Shown here: piece by piece, positions 24,297 through 39,900 of the stretch
Numbering within the stretch: the stretch's first letter is position 1
Layout of the letters: the number at the start of each line of letters is the position of its first letter
Origin: Trichoplax adhaerens
Lineage: Eukaryota; Animalia; Placozoa
Length of the DNA stretch: 64,000 nucleotides
NCBI RefSeq assembly: GCF_000150275.1
Contig: NW_002060946.1
Span: 5,413,454 to 5,477,453, forward strand
Direction of reading: 5' to 3'
Program-made: the position numbers and the translations under genes
The notes under the pieces: model-generated
Told to the model about the DNA's origin: nothing
What the model saw: the letters and a program-made list of their open reading frames with translations, nothing else
The model's database searches: none

Positions 24297-26839
24297 CTAC
24301 TGGAAAAGGATTAGTTATGCTTTGCCAATATATAGATCTCTCACTGGGTTTTAGTACAATTTATAAACTTATACAGCGTTAATCTTGTTATTGTATTGCT
24401 TGACTGATAATGAATAATTAATCGATTTACTACATCATCGATTAACTACCGTTACTATTGTTTTATGTTTAGCAAGTCCGACAGTATTTTCTATTATATA
24501 AGGGACAAAAAGGACGAATGCTAATGCTCAATTTATCCATTTGAATATTATTCTATGTTAGCCTTAATGTTTCCTAAATTGAGGAGGGGCGGAGGATATG
24601 AGTATTGTTATTGGAACAGCTGGTATTCAAAATAATAGACAATATCCATTGATTGATCACTATTTTACTTCATTTCTTTTCATTTTGTTTTTACTCATTT
24701 ATTTTAGAGTAGCAATGATATCCAAAACCTTTGCGGAAAATCATTCATTTCTTGAATAGCCATCATCTACTGCTTCTTTACCATTTTCCATATTGGCACA
24801 AGACCGATACAGTATCGTTATGGATGTCATTTCTGTCCTAGACTGGTAGCGTAATTCCTCTTCGGCTTAAGAATACATTCAGGATTGTATTTTATTGAAT
24901 TATATAGAGATCAATATATTATTCAAAGTTATCAATGGAATGGATTGAATACAAGTATATCCATGTTGATGAGATGAATTTTATCCGATGGACGAGATAC
25001 GCTCTACTTTAACTGTTGATCCTAGGTTAAAGTAGCAACATGAGTAGTCGAAATATTACTGTTCTTTAGCTATTTGTGATCGGATAGGGTAAATGGAGTA
25101 GATTGATATACTGAGCTAGGTGTGGCTGTGTTTTGAGCTAAGATTATGAATAAGTAGTAGCTTTGGATTTGTTTAGCGTCCTTAGGCTTGCAGTGATGTA
25201 ATGTTCAAGATTGTTGCCATAGTTATTGTAGATTGGTACAGCAGTTCTATGGCGAAAAAATAGATCATAGAATCAATTTGCTTGTGGTATGAGTTTATTC
25301 TTTGAATGAATAGTACTATATTTTCATGCTGAATAGAATAGTAAATAGAGTTGTCAGTGGTTGTATAACCGAGAAGGCTAGTGTTGTATTTTCACTTTCA
25401 GCTCTTTGCCTGTAGTTTGCAACTCTTGATGACAAGTTATTGGGTATTGATTGTTATTACTATAACTTCGTCATACCATCATGAGGAATTGCCTGAAAGA
25501 TGAATGATTTTGATCATGCTGCTCTGAAGGCTATAATCTTGAAAATCAATCCTAAAAGTGATTGAATTATTTCTCTAACATTAGCTGATTCCGCTACACA
25601 CGATGATATTTTCTACTTTCTCTACTTATCCAATTTATAACCACTTGGAGAATATGCAAAGTTATTTCATCAGGATTAGTATGGAGAAGTTGTAGAATTG
25701 CTAATGTGATTGTTAAGTCTCTACCCTATTCTACGAGTATAGTGGCCGAGGCCGATAGGACAGACCTGTTAGGAGACAAGAAAGCTTAGGGATATGACAT
25801 CAGAATCATTTATCTCTTTCAATACACCGATATGAGAACTTATATACTAAGCAAGTATAGTTATCTGTCGCTACCACGAAGAAATGAGTATGAAAAAAAC
25901 AAGTTTTAATATACGAGTACATATGTCTATGATCGCTACAACTTCGGTCACACGTATTTCATCAGAAATGATCATTACCTCTGATAATTAATTACTAGCA
26001 ATTAGAGATTGTTTTTGTTGATTATTCCTTCCAACTCCGATTCTATAGCCGTCCTATACATAACCTTCTTCTCTTTTATAGTAATAAAGGATAGGGAAAA
26101 CTAACAAAAGCGAACCTTAATTCTAAAGCATATAACAGTGACTTATCGACGATGCAAGAGTTGACATGAATATATGATAACGTAATGGAAACGGATAAAG
26201 TGATGACAAAATAGCTGCGAAATGCGACAAGGCCCTATGGTCATTGAGCCTTTGAATGACTACTGAAGTATATACTTAGCATTACAGCAGTAGCTTTTGC
26301 CTATATTTTAGTCACCGATCTCTCTCCTGCATCGTTGAGAACATGATCAGTCATGAAGGTAGAGGTCGTGTAGATTGTTTACAAGTAGTTGTGCTGCAAT
26401 GTGCAAAGTAGATGTCGTCTTCAGTCTAAGTGATTATACTGTAAATATTGTTTAGTTCGCGACATTTATTATCCATCGGTGTGCATTCTTTTTACCCAAC
26501 TCTCATGCTGTCTACTTTATTGCTACTAGCTGTATCATCCTAGCTTTTACCAGTGATGGCAATAACCATGTAGTGTCATTAGCAGTAAGAACGCGAAGTT
26601 CGAAAATCTCTTGTTCAAGATTTTCTCTCTTTTAGTAGTTAAGCCTTCCCATATACTGTACAGTATCAAGTTTTAATATTGCGATCAAGTGGCTTAATGA
26701 GCTGCCAGGTACATTTGGATTTGTAATATACTTGAATTGAATATTTCAAAATAATTGAAGTATTTGAGAAGTCATTAGGTCACTTATTCATTAATCGTAG
26801 TACAGTATTCCAATAATTCTTGATATCAGTCCCTGTTGA

Positions 26840-27360
26840 TATACAGTACAGTAACACAAGACTAATAGTCTTGCCTGACGGCGCCATTTTATGATGTCCA
26901 TTGTACAATGTACAGTACAGTATGAAATCTTCCTGGTCTAGTTTGGTCTTGTTGTTAAACCACGGACCACAGGCACAGTACCAAAGACTACAGTACAGTA
27001 CATATGAGTGTACAGTACTGTGCACTGTACTGTACACTGAGCGTCCAGTACGGTCGGTGTGATACGGACAGTACAGATGGCTGGATCCTGCCATGTACTG
27101 TACTGTACAGTGTACTGTACTGTACACTGTAGCCTCAATCCAAGCCAACAATCGCATCATATGGCTTTGAGGGTCATCAGTTTCATTTGATGGACATCTC
27201 GCATACTGTAGCCTAATGCGCGCTGTCTAGAACTAGGCATAGAATAGTAGAAAAAGGCAGCCGTAGGCTAAATAGTAAGGGATTCAGGGTTGAAACGATC
27301 CGATCCGGTTCCAGAGCATTAAGGACTGTACCGTACAGTGTACAGTGTACAGTACGATTG
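26840..27360. promoter_or_regulatory. CAGTA/TACTG array; putative (possibly bidirectional) promoter of NDUFV2
   Basis: Dense tacagtacagta/gtactgtactgtac runs, locally higher GC, directly upstream of the NDUFV2 ATG. YY1-like AAAATGGCG on the minus strand at ~26882-26890. Confidence 0.6.
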
Positions 27361-27448
27361 AACCGTGACTGAAGTTAGACTAAGAGTGAGAGCGAACCGT
27401 GACCGCGACCTCCATTTTGTTCCTGCTTAGGTACAGCCTACAGACGCC

Positions 27449-29577
<2,129 letters not shown>

Positions 29578-30050
29578 GAAGAGATCATGTTTCTTCAGCG
29601 CAAACTATTCATCTAGCAGCTTGAGCTATATCTCCAAAAATATGTGTTTATAATTACTGTACTGAGACATACTACCATATCGACAGTATACTTCTCAGAC
29701 GTTTCTGTAAGTACTGAAAACTGCATTTGACACTCTCTAGTGTTCTCATATAACTGTATAAGTGCTAAATTGCATGTTTACATTCGTTAAAAGTTTTCGT
29801 AATGTTTTTAAAATGGACGCCAAGAATAAAATGCTTTTATTGAAGTATATCGTTGTAAAGTCTTTATCTATAAAGATACATTATATCAATGTTTAGATTG
29901 CCATGCAAGACATTTATTGTCAGTATTGACTTAATAGCATCGTCATAACAAACATCTCCAATTCTGCATCATTAAGATGCAATTGAGTCGTTGGACAGCA
30001 AAAATAAATAAATATCACCATTTTTCATTGACACCGCTACCCAACTGTTA

Positions 30051-32708
30051 CTACTTTCCACTTTTCATCCTTTGTGCTCTGAATCTAGAAACTGGTTTTG
30101 AGGCTTCCTGTGGCTGAAATGATACAAATCGAAAGGTCACTGCTACATGTTATTGAATTAGTCTTTAAAGCATGCGAATGAAATTGAACCATCAGAAATA
30201 GCGGTAAATTTTAAGTCTACCTCGGATGATACAGGAGTACTAGACTTTTCTATCGTCTTTGCAGTAACCGGCTGATTAGTAAACAGACAGCAAATATATC
30301 TTAGTAAAGATCTTAAACACTTTCATTCTACTGCCTTCCTATTGTACCCAAAAATTGGTATAGCAGCTTACCGCAGGCTTGGTAGTAGGACTTTGCTTCT
30401 CGACTATTTCACCAGTAAAAGACTAATTGAAATGCAATCATTTCTATTAGAATATCAATACTACTGATATCTATTCTATCTTTCGCAATAAAGTAAGACT
30501 AACCTTGGTAGCTGTATTTACAATTTTTGATTCATTGGCAGTATGACTTCCCTGCGAGATCAATTTTTGAACTTGATCTGGTCTTTCAATAGATGAATGG
30601 CTTGAAATTTCCTATTAAATTGGCAAAAAAGATAGATAAAGCGATGATTATTATTAATGATCAGTTATCGTCATTACCTGTGCTAACGAGGGGACATTTT
30701 CTTTCGGCGTCTTTTGACTATGATGAAATCGAATCGTTGTATCATCTTGCACGTCATACTGAGACGTGAATTCATCACTCAGTTCCTCATTTTCTGCTTC
30801 TAACTTCTCGAGTCTATCCCAGTATGCATCATCGGTTTCAATACTGCTAGTCGAAGTATTGACTTTGGTCTTTTCATTAGCAGTAGATATATTACTTTTA
30901 GTATTTTCATTTGACTTTAGCCTACTTATACCTAAATGGAGTAGGATGATCTTTATAAATTCGAACTAATACACGTATCATTAATAATAATATCTAAAAA
31001 TTTAATGAATTCAATGTTACGTTTAACAGGATAAAGTAAGTCTTCATCTTTTTCTGTCAATTCTTCCTTGATCTCGATAACTCCATCTCCATCCTTTTCC
31101 TAATCAGACAGACGACATTCGATGTAAGATAGTTATGAAAGCTGAGAAATTGCAAATTTCATAAGTGCAAATCAGAAAAGAATGAGAGATTACCACTAGA
31201 TCTCTTTCAAATTCTGAATTAAGCTTTAATCTTTCCGATAAATTTTGTCGCTGTTGTTCAAGTTTTGATAGAGTTTCATTTAATTCTAAAGGATGATAAA
31301 GCAAATTTTATATATTCTGGAGAAAGATTCATTGCACTTCTATGTACTATATGGCTGAAGATATCATATAAATGGTAATCGAATAATACTACTCACTAAC
31401 CAAGCTTCCTTCTATTTGCTATATCTTGAGCTTCTTTTGCGGATACATCAGCAAACCAGTTATCACCTATAAGAGCTGTTACCTCATTGGTATGAACTAA
31501 GTTGCCAGGAAAAAATGCCAATTCCCCGCAAAACGGGACCTAAATTTGATAAATAATCACAATACAAATATTAGAAGCTGATACTAAAATACGGTATAAT
31601 GTAACATTAATCTCAAGACGTTGCACATCAAATCATATCTGTATAAGACGCGTGGAACCATTTAGGTTTATTTATAGCTTAAATAGATTATTCCTAGCAA
31701 GTACTCCACTTATAATGCTAATAATAAATGTTATGACATTATTGAAGTTATACCATACCATAATATCGTAAGATCTTTTGTAAGGCAGGGTCTCCAAGGT
31801 CGATTGTAAATCTTCATAATCAGAAATCAATTTCTTGCTATAAATTAAGTAGCCCACCAAGAATATCAATTAAAGTTACTTTAAATATTTTACTGAAGTT
31901 CCAATATGACCATCAATTTACAGAAAGAGCTCAGAAAATAATGAAAAACAATGTTTATATCATTGCACAAAGCAAGGATTCTACATATACTACAAATATT
32001 CAATTTACGCAACGTACTCATCTTCAGGGGTAAAAATTCTATGCAAAGCTAAGGTATTCAATTCCATAAATATATTAACACAAGAGCGATTTTAATAGAA
32101 TCGAGTGTTTACATACCACTGTTGAATGTTTTGTTGGCAATCTTCTGCTTCCTATCACGACCATGTCCAGAAGGAAGAATTAGTATAACATATCGAAATG
32201 TACAATAGGTAGGAAAATAAGGCTTAGAGTAGATTGTCAAAGTGATGGCTCATTATTTACGCTCAATTAAGCTTATAGGATAACATTGCCCAACAGCTAC
32301 TGATCACTACTGAGGACTTGTCATGCTCTGCCGAGTAGATTGATAGCGTTCATTATATTTGGATTATTTTACAATTTAAGTAAAATAAGTAGTAGTCCTG
32401 CAACAAGGCTACAGCCTGTATCACAAGGCCAATGTCTATAGGACAACATTGCTTAGCAGCTAGTAAGCATGACTGAGGGCTTGTGGTAGTCTGCCGAGTC
32501 GATCATAAGGCTCGTTACATTCAGATTATCTTGCAATTTGGTTAATGTATAAGGTAAGTCTATCTATAGCACAACATTGCCTAGCAGCACCTACGATCAC
32601 CTACATTACATCCTTCTTATTTCTTCCATTTACCTTAGCTTGCTCTTCTTGTAGTCTCTGTACACCAGCCAAACTAAGATCGGAATGCTTAGCCTTATTT
32701 TCTTCCAT
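30051..32708 (-). CDS. URI1: Unconventional prefoldin RPB5 interactor 1, multi-exon
   Basis: Spliced exons: MEENK...VQRLQEEQAK|EAEDCQQNIQQW|...DYEDLQSTLETLPYKRSYDIM|VPFCGELAFFPGNLVHTNEVTALIGDNWFADVSAKEA (alpha-prefoldin domain), an acidic middle (DDAYWDRLEKLEAENEE) and C-terminal URI box KPVSRFRAQRMKSGK*. Confidence 0.92.
32275..32605. repeat. Degenerate tandem repeat (~130-165 bp units) in URI1 intron 1
   Basis: aacattgc...a.cagc at ~32282, ~32445 and ~32573; ctgccgagt.gat and gattat.tt.caattt recur in units 1 and 2. Confidence 0.7.
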
Positions 32709-32759
32709 AGCTTAGCAACATTGCATCCATCAATCGATGAGATCGTTGCAATCACTCAT

Positions 32760-33120
32760 TTGGATGTGGACGGCTACAGTGTACAGTACTATCCTAAGTT
32801 GTTAATGTACTGTACTGGACGTACTGTACATTGTACAAGGTCTCGCCACGACTTCATGGTCTCGAATAGTGTACAGTATAGAGTGTAAAGTCACGTTTGA
32901 AACGGTATACAGTCATTACTAGAGGTCATGCTACTATCTGGTCCCATGTCAGTCCTTCCAAGCAATTACCAAGTACACTCAAGTGGAAAGAATAACTAGA
33001 ATTTGACTGCAACTAGACTGTTGTTACAGTAGAAGCCCTACAGATCGTCCATCTTTTTGTCCACTATAGACTGCTTATTACTGCCGAGCGTGTACTATGT
33101 ATTATACTGGATACAACCAA
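32760..33120. promoter_or_regulatory. Bidirectional promoter URI1/MRPL3 with CAGTA/TACTG array
   Basis: Divergent ATGs at 32708 (-) and 33242 (+); the interval contains tacagtgtacagtact, gtactgtactgg and gtactgtaca. Confidence 0.7.
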
Positions 33121-33241
33121 AGCGATCAGAACTCGTATGGGCGAAACAAGCCTTCAGATTCTGGACTGTAACGCAACAGGGTCATCCCTAGTCCAAGAGC
33201 TATCCGTCCGAAGTCAGTGAAGCTCGCTCTGGAACGGCAGC

Positions 33242-35659
33242 ATGGCGTCGCAGCTTGCAAAATGGATTTCCAATGTAACTTCCGTGGCGTCGCCATTCCC
33301 TTCGTTAATAAACCATCTATCATCAACTAGTTATAACACAATATCAAAGACAATTACTAGAGGATTGGCAAGCCAAGCAACACAAGTAGCTAAGAAAAAG
33401 GCCAATGCACAGCAAGACAAAAAGACCACAAATGACGAGCAAAAGCAATCGTCATGGCCAACTTGGCAACCTGGCTCACGTCGAACAGGATTAATTGGTG
33501 TCAAATTAGGGATGATGCCTATGTGGATGAAAGATGGAACTAGAGTACCTGTAACTTTAATTAAAGTGAGTTTTTGCAGTGAATTTCTCCGTATCATTGT
33601 ACTGAAAATGATTGTTAAGTAGTTCAATCATCACCTGTAAAATATGGCATGACTTAGCCTTGAAGAATCCCCAACCTATACGGTCGGTTGGGCACTATCA
33701 TGACTTCAAATTCACGGATTGACACCACATTCTTTCCTTGTATTTCATCAATCTTAGATTCAGCAATGCCATGTATTGCATAATAAAACCAAAGCAAAGG
33801 ATGGATATTGTGCAGTCCAAGTTGGTGCTGTGGATCGACTAAAACTCTTATACGTAAGCACAACGTTAGTTTAATCAAATCCATTCTGTAGGACTTAGTC
33901 GAGCGACTCCATACGACATGTTGACGCAAAAGTTTCTCATCTGTTCTGCCATTTCTAGTGCGGTTAATGACTTATTTTGCTGTAGATAATCTCTTGTACA
34001 GCATTGCATTAACTGTATTCACTCGGATAGGATATGCTTATACAAGTTTGGCATTTCTTCATCATTCGCTAGTGTAGTGCATGGCTTATGACTGCGTCAT
34101 ATTTTCTGTAGATAATCTGCTGTTATGAAATAATTGCATTTCTGATACAATATGTGTGTACAAAGCTAAAGGTGCCTAGTAATTGACTGATGCCATCAAG
34201 GATGAATTTTACTGTAGATAATCTATATTGAAAGATAGCTGCTCTTGATTTTGTCAAGCTTATCAAGTAGACCCATATAAGCCCATTTAGCGTTTATCCG
34301 TAGGTCAGAAGAGCTCAACTAGGCCATTTCGCAAGAGCTGGTGTTAATCCGAAAAGGAAAGTATGGGAGTTTAAAGTATCTGACGACGCTCTTATTTTAA
34401 GGGGTAAGAATAGGAAAAGCTAACCTTGAAGTTGTCATTATAATCTCGCGTAATAATATGCACTAAATATCAAGGTGATCTACATCAGGATGATAATCAT
34501 CAAAATTAGAAATTACTACAATCAATATTACAGTATTATTAGATACATCATACGGCCCATCTTCTAATTTTTCAGTTTCTACTTGTTCCGAACTGACCAA
34601 TCGTAAGCTTACTATACAGTATACCAACTTATAAAGAAAGTTCTGCGATAGAATAAGCATTAAAGCATAGTAAACTTACGCAACATTGGACGTACCTATC
34701 GAATATCCATTGTTATAACTAGAATACCAATCATCCAGCCTTTTAGCTGTACTTAATGGTGCATTCCAGTACGACTTGCACAATAATCATAACAACTTGA
34801 TTAATCTATCGCATATTTTGCCTCTTCAGGAACCCTTCTACATGCCATGCATTTCGTTCCCGGACAATATGTTGATGTCAAAGCGAAAACGTAAGCGTGC
34901 TTGATATTCGTTCATGGTAGCCTATAAAATAAGTAGTATTGCGTCCGCAGCTGGATCGCCTACGCTATCATTAACTGCAAGCCGTAATTGTAACATCTAT
35001 AATAATAACTTTACGTTGAATTTAGGATTGGTAAAGGTTTTCAAGGTGTCATGAAAAAACATGGAATGAAGGGACAGCCTGCGACCCATGGTGTATCATT
35101 AACCCACAGAAAAATGGGTGCTACCGGCGGTGGTCAGGTAAGATTACCTTACCGGGATCATTTTAAAATTTGAATCATGACAAGTAGAACATGGGAGAGA
35201 TCGTAACAATAAATCACCGTAATTTGCTGTCGGTGTATGCTAGGAACCCGGACGCATTTGGCCTGGTAAGAAAATGGCTGGAAGAATGGGAAATAAATAT
35301 CATACAACTAAGAATTTAAGAGTGAGTAAAGTTTTTGATACAAATTTAGTTGGTGTTCTTTGATAGCGTGTCTGTATTCTAAATCTATGTTAAAATACTT
35401 ACCAAGGATTTGCATTTGTTTATTATAGATACTGCGTATCAACACAAAATACGATATATTATATGTTAAAGGTGCCGTACCTGGCCATGAAAATCAGTTC
35501 ATTCGCATAACTGATGCCATTTTTAAGCCTCCTAAGGAACCTCCTCCATATCCGACCTACTTTCACCAATCTGGTGATGAAATCCCCGAAGAAATTTTTG
35601 CTGAGGACGCTCACAAACCATGTGATAGCACTCTCAGTTTTGCTGCAGCTAAAAAGTAG
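33242..35659 (+). CDS. MRPL3: Mitochondrial ribosomal protein L3 (uL3m), 7 exons
   Basis: [98 protein letters not shown]; N-terminal presequence-like region; stop at 35657-35659. Confidence 0.96.
33955..34260. repeat. Three ~110-125-bp degenerate repeats in MRPL3 intron 2
   Basis: ctgtagataatct at ~33980, ~34105 and ~34212, each preceded by tgact and atttt. Confidence 0.65.
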
Positions 35660-36965
35660 ATTTTAGTAATATACAGCATTTGCTGTAATTTACTATTTGA
35701 GAAACTGTAAATGGAAAAGTTTTAGCATATTTCTGCTTTACCATTTTCTACATTTCCACTATTTTATTTCATCAAAACAGAAAAAAGAATCACCTAAACT
35801 TTAATGTAATATTTGCTTTAATATAGAACTGATGATCATCTTATATCAAATTGTTGCTCAGCTGATTTAGAATGATCTTTGGATATATAAACTTTTAGAC
35901 TATATTAAAATGTATTATCTGCTGATTTTAAATAAAATCTGAATGTAACCTCCAGTGCAGCAGCCAGCAAGTATCATACTCGATCATTTTCAATGGGTCG
36001 TACATATATTATTTTCTATGTAATTACGAGATATTAGTTACTATAACATTTTATTTGGAGTCGGTAATAAACAACTTTGTGCACATAAGGAAGTCAAATT
36101 TTCAAAATTGCAATAATGTACTATAGTCCTTGCGACAAATCATGATACTAATATCTTAAGAGTAAACATCAGACATTAGGAAATATTTTATATTGTACAA
36201 AATATTAAATACTAATGATAAACAATATTAATACCGGAAATGAGCAAACATTTTTAAAAAGAAGATTTTCTTTATCTATTACAACGTGATTAAGCGTTGG
36301 ATGATATAGTTTGTCGTGTAGTCAGCAACAAAATTAAAGACATTATAGGTATACCGTTGCAAGTTTACAGAAGATACTATCTTATCTACATTAAAATTTC
36401 ATCCTCTTCGAGAAGGATTAATCCAGATCTGATAAAAAGTAGTAACTATAACATTAGATTGACTTCAAATTCATTTCCATACTAAAACTGTACAGAACTG
36501 CCGTTAATAAAATAGTTTGATATACAACGAAAACAAAAAAACAGTAAATGTAAACTATTTTACTACTGTAAGTATCAATTGTGACATTACAAAGTTTCAT
36601 CGTATATTGCATATTTAATAAATCATCAATGTCTATTGTACCAAAGTGATTTCACAATATTGTCAACTAGTTATCTATAATTATAAATTTTTATTTTTTC
36701 GTACAACGATCAAGTTTTAATTCAAAAGGTGATACGAAAATGTATCAAAAGAAATATTTTCAGTAACTGATATCGTGGATATCTCTGCATAAGTTTGCAT
36801 TATAATTTGTTACAATTATAACTGCCATTTTGCCACATCATACGTTATTTTTAAGAATTCATATGCCATTCAGTATCAAGCCAAAGCTTTACTTTCGTTC
36901 AATGAGTGAAAAATAGAATATTTATAAATATAGAACATTCTACTCTATGGAAAAATCGGATTCAT

Positions 36966-39900
36966 TTATTTAGCCAATTCAACTCTTGGAGAGACATATT
37001 CTTGAAAATTTAGTGGCTTAATATGCTATTAATGAAATAAATAAGAAACGTATGGAATAGATTAGAATTACAATTTCATTTAAAGCGAATTTTTAAAGCT
37101 TTCTTATTAATATATGGTATTAAAACGTCAATCTAAATTAATGATTCTGCTGCATAGTTTGATAATAATACCATCATACCATATAATATTGTAAAATTTA
37201 GAACTCTAAATTTAACTCATTAAATTATACTTCAGAATAACGATACTAACATTTAGATATCTACGAGTTTATTCCCGTTAATGTTTAGACAATAAGTAAA
37301 GCAAATAATTTGTAACATTCTTTACCTTCGGATGTAAAACAGAGATAACGTCGTACAATCTAACAATCTTTCCATGGTTTGGTGGAGACTTAAAATATCG
37401 TTTCCCATTAACAACTCCATCTGTATCACCCACTGTTTTCAAAATTTGTAATAAGTTCTTAGATTAGCTTTAACAAAAATGTCACAGCGCGCAGTAATTT
37501 TAAATCAACTTTGACCTATAATTACTTCTATTGAGCTCAAAATCTACCTGGTCTATCTAGTTTTAAGCCAACATAGATGCGATTATCCACATAAGCGCTA
37601 TCTAATTTACCAACGTATTTAACAATACCACTAACAATTTCTTCTCGGTCAACTTTATCATCTATAAGGAATTTTTCAATCATTAAAAAGACGGAATAGA
37701 CGTATGAAATATAATCCAGCAAGCAAACAGACAGTCTCAAATATTTCTATAACAGTTTTACCTTTGATTATACAACGAGCAGATACACGATCACCAATCT
37801 TGACCATATGGACTAATTTTGGTTCAGTATTGATTGCATTTATTGTCGAACTGAGCCCTTTATTCAAGGCTAGAGAGGCTACTGCATTGATATTCTTGGT
37901 TACAGGTGATACTAAATAAATATGGATATGATAATTAAGTCGAGTTGAGCTAGCTTGTTTGAAACAAATTCGTTGTATTCCGTAAAAAGAGATGAAGATA
38001 TTTAAATGCTGACTAATCAGATTGAAAATATTGGGTAATCATAAAATAAAACTTACATTGCAATTCATCTTCGTCTTCGCTACTCTTTGCTCGCCTTGTA
38101 TTAGGAGAGTATTTGGACATCGAAATATCTAATTCATCTTCAATCTTTTCACCCTGTTGTAGGATACTCGGCATAGGTTGCTTAAGACTCCATGGTATGG
38201 AGAAATCTGGCTTATGGCCTCTACTAATGTTACTTTTGCCAGAGATCTCTGGTGACCAAGATATTCCACCTCTTTCCGAATGGATTCCGTTACTTATAAT
38301 AGATTTTAGAGAATTATCCAAATTTGAAATAGATCTTTTAGGAGCTTGGCCACCGATCTCCCTTGGATCAAACTAAAATGTTTAAAACATTTTTGATATA
38401 AGTTAAATGTAAACTAGATCATTTTAAGAGATAAAGGTTAGCTATCATATTCATATAACTGATGAAATAAGAATTATTAATTAAACAGTTAAATTTATTA
38501 TTTTTATTACATCTGTTATATTTTCATCATCTAATCCCATTTCGTTTCCTGTTCGTGGTGATTGAGGTGCACTTGTCGGTCTATGTAAAACCAGAAAATT
38601 TAATAAATTAAGTTTGGTTCGCTAATAGATTAGAGATCATGACTAACTTGGTATCATGAGTCTAGAAATTTGTAACACATAGTCTTTAACATTATAGATA
38701 CAATACAAACTTTTATAGATTAACATATCTTTTGCTATTTACCTCCTAGTAGCTGGAGGACTCGGAGACCGTGAATCATCAGATCCTGCATTATTAGTTG
38801 GATATCGTGAAGTCCTTTCTAGTACATTGAGTAAGATGTTATTCTTTTTCGCTTCCGATTTTTCGACAAGATCTAAACGACTTTTAGCCAAATCCAATTC
38901 TCGAAATTGTTGTTGAACCAAATTGTTCTTGGCAACTATAAGTCTTTTGAGTGAAGCAACTTCCATTTTAGCTTCGTCTAATTCTTGACAAACAGATGGA
39001 TATCTTTCCAATTCTTGATTTAAAATCTATTAAATTAACAGCATATTAGTGCCTCTATTGTAATTTATTACATTAATATCGATCAGGAGGAGAAGTGGTT
39101 TTAATATCGCTGATGAAAGAAATTTAACCTCGATTTTTCCTCTAGAATCTTTCAAATTTTTTCGGCACAGTATCAGTTGTGTTGCCTTCTCTTCATATTT
39201 TGAACGCAATCTTTGTAACTCTTCTTCAGTGTCTGTTAAGCGACGTTGTAAATCAGGGATAATAGCTACCTCCTATAAATGATATTGTGAATTATGGATT
39301 AAATAAAAGGTATGTAATCCGTACAATTCTTAAGAAAGCATCAGTATATTTCATTTAGTGTCATGTTTACCTTTTCCAGTGCTTCTGTTTTGTCTTTATA
39401 TGATGCCAATTGTTTAGACATTGTACCCATTTGTCTATCTCTGTACTCGATGGCAATTTGTGAATCCTGCATATTATGAATATATACGCTCAGATTAATA
39501 TGTTGTTACCTCAGTACAGCTATAATAAAATGAACTTTGATTAAAGCGTATTTTAAATCTACCTTAAATTGTAAGATAGTTTCACGTAGTTCCTTCTTTA
39601 AAGAATTAATTTTTTTCTCGCTGTCTGAAGCTGAAGTTCTATTAAAATGTAATAAAGAAAATATTAATATTCTATTATAGCAAACAATTCTATCTACAGT
39701 ATCATCTTAAAATTTGAATTACTTGGCTTCTCTCAAAGCTTCCTTAGTTGAGGATAGATCTCTCTTCATGTCGTTTTTCGTTACCACTAGATAAAATTAA
39801 CAGAATCATCACGATTTTTAAGCTGTTAATACTTAAAAACATATTTTCTTCATTTTAACACATTCATCCAATTCTGATACTAATATTAACCTTCTTTTTC

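Noticed and set aside
26200-26270. GTGATGA...CTGA, C/D-box snoRNA-like
   Set aside because: No terminal stem, no identifiable rRNA guide, and not in an intron of a plus-strand host.
26780-27160. ORF-track ORFs rich in TVQY/YCTV (also 48230-48514, 57499-57945, 57633-57866, 59982-60185)
   Set aside because: They are translations of the stop-poor CAGTA/TACTG arrays and show no protein-like features.
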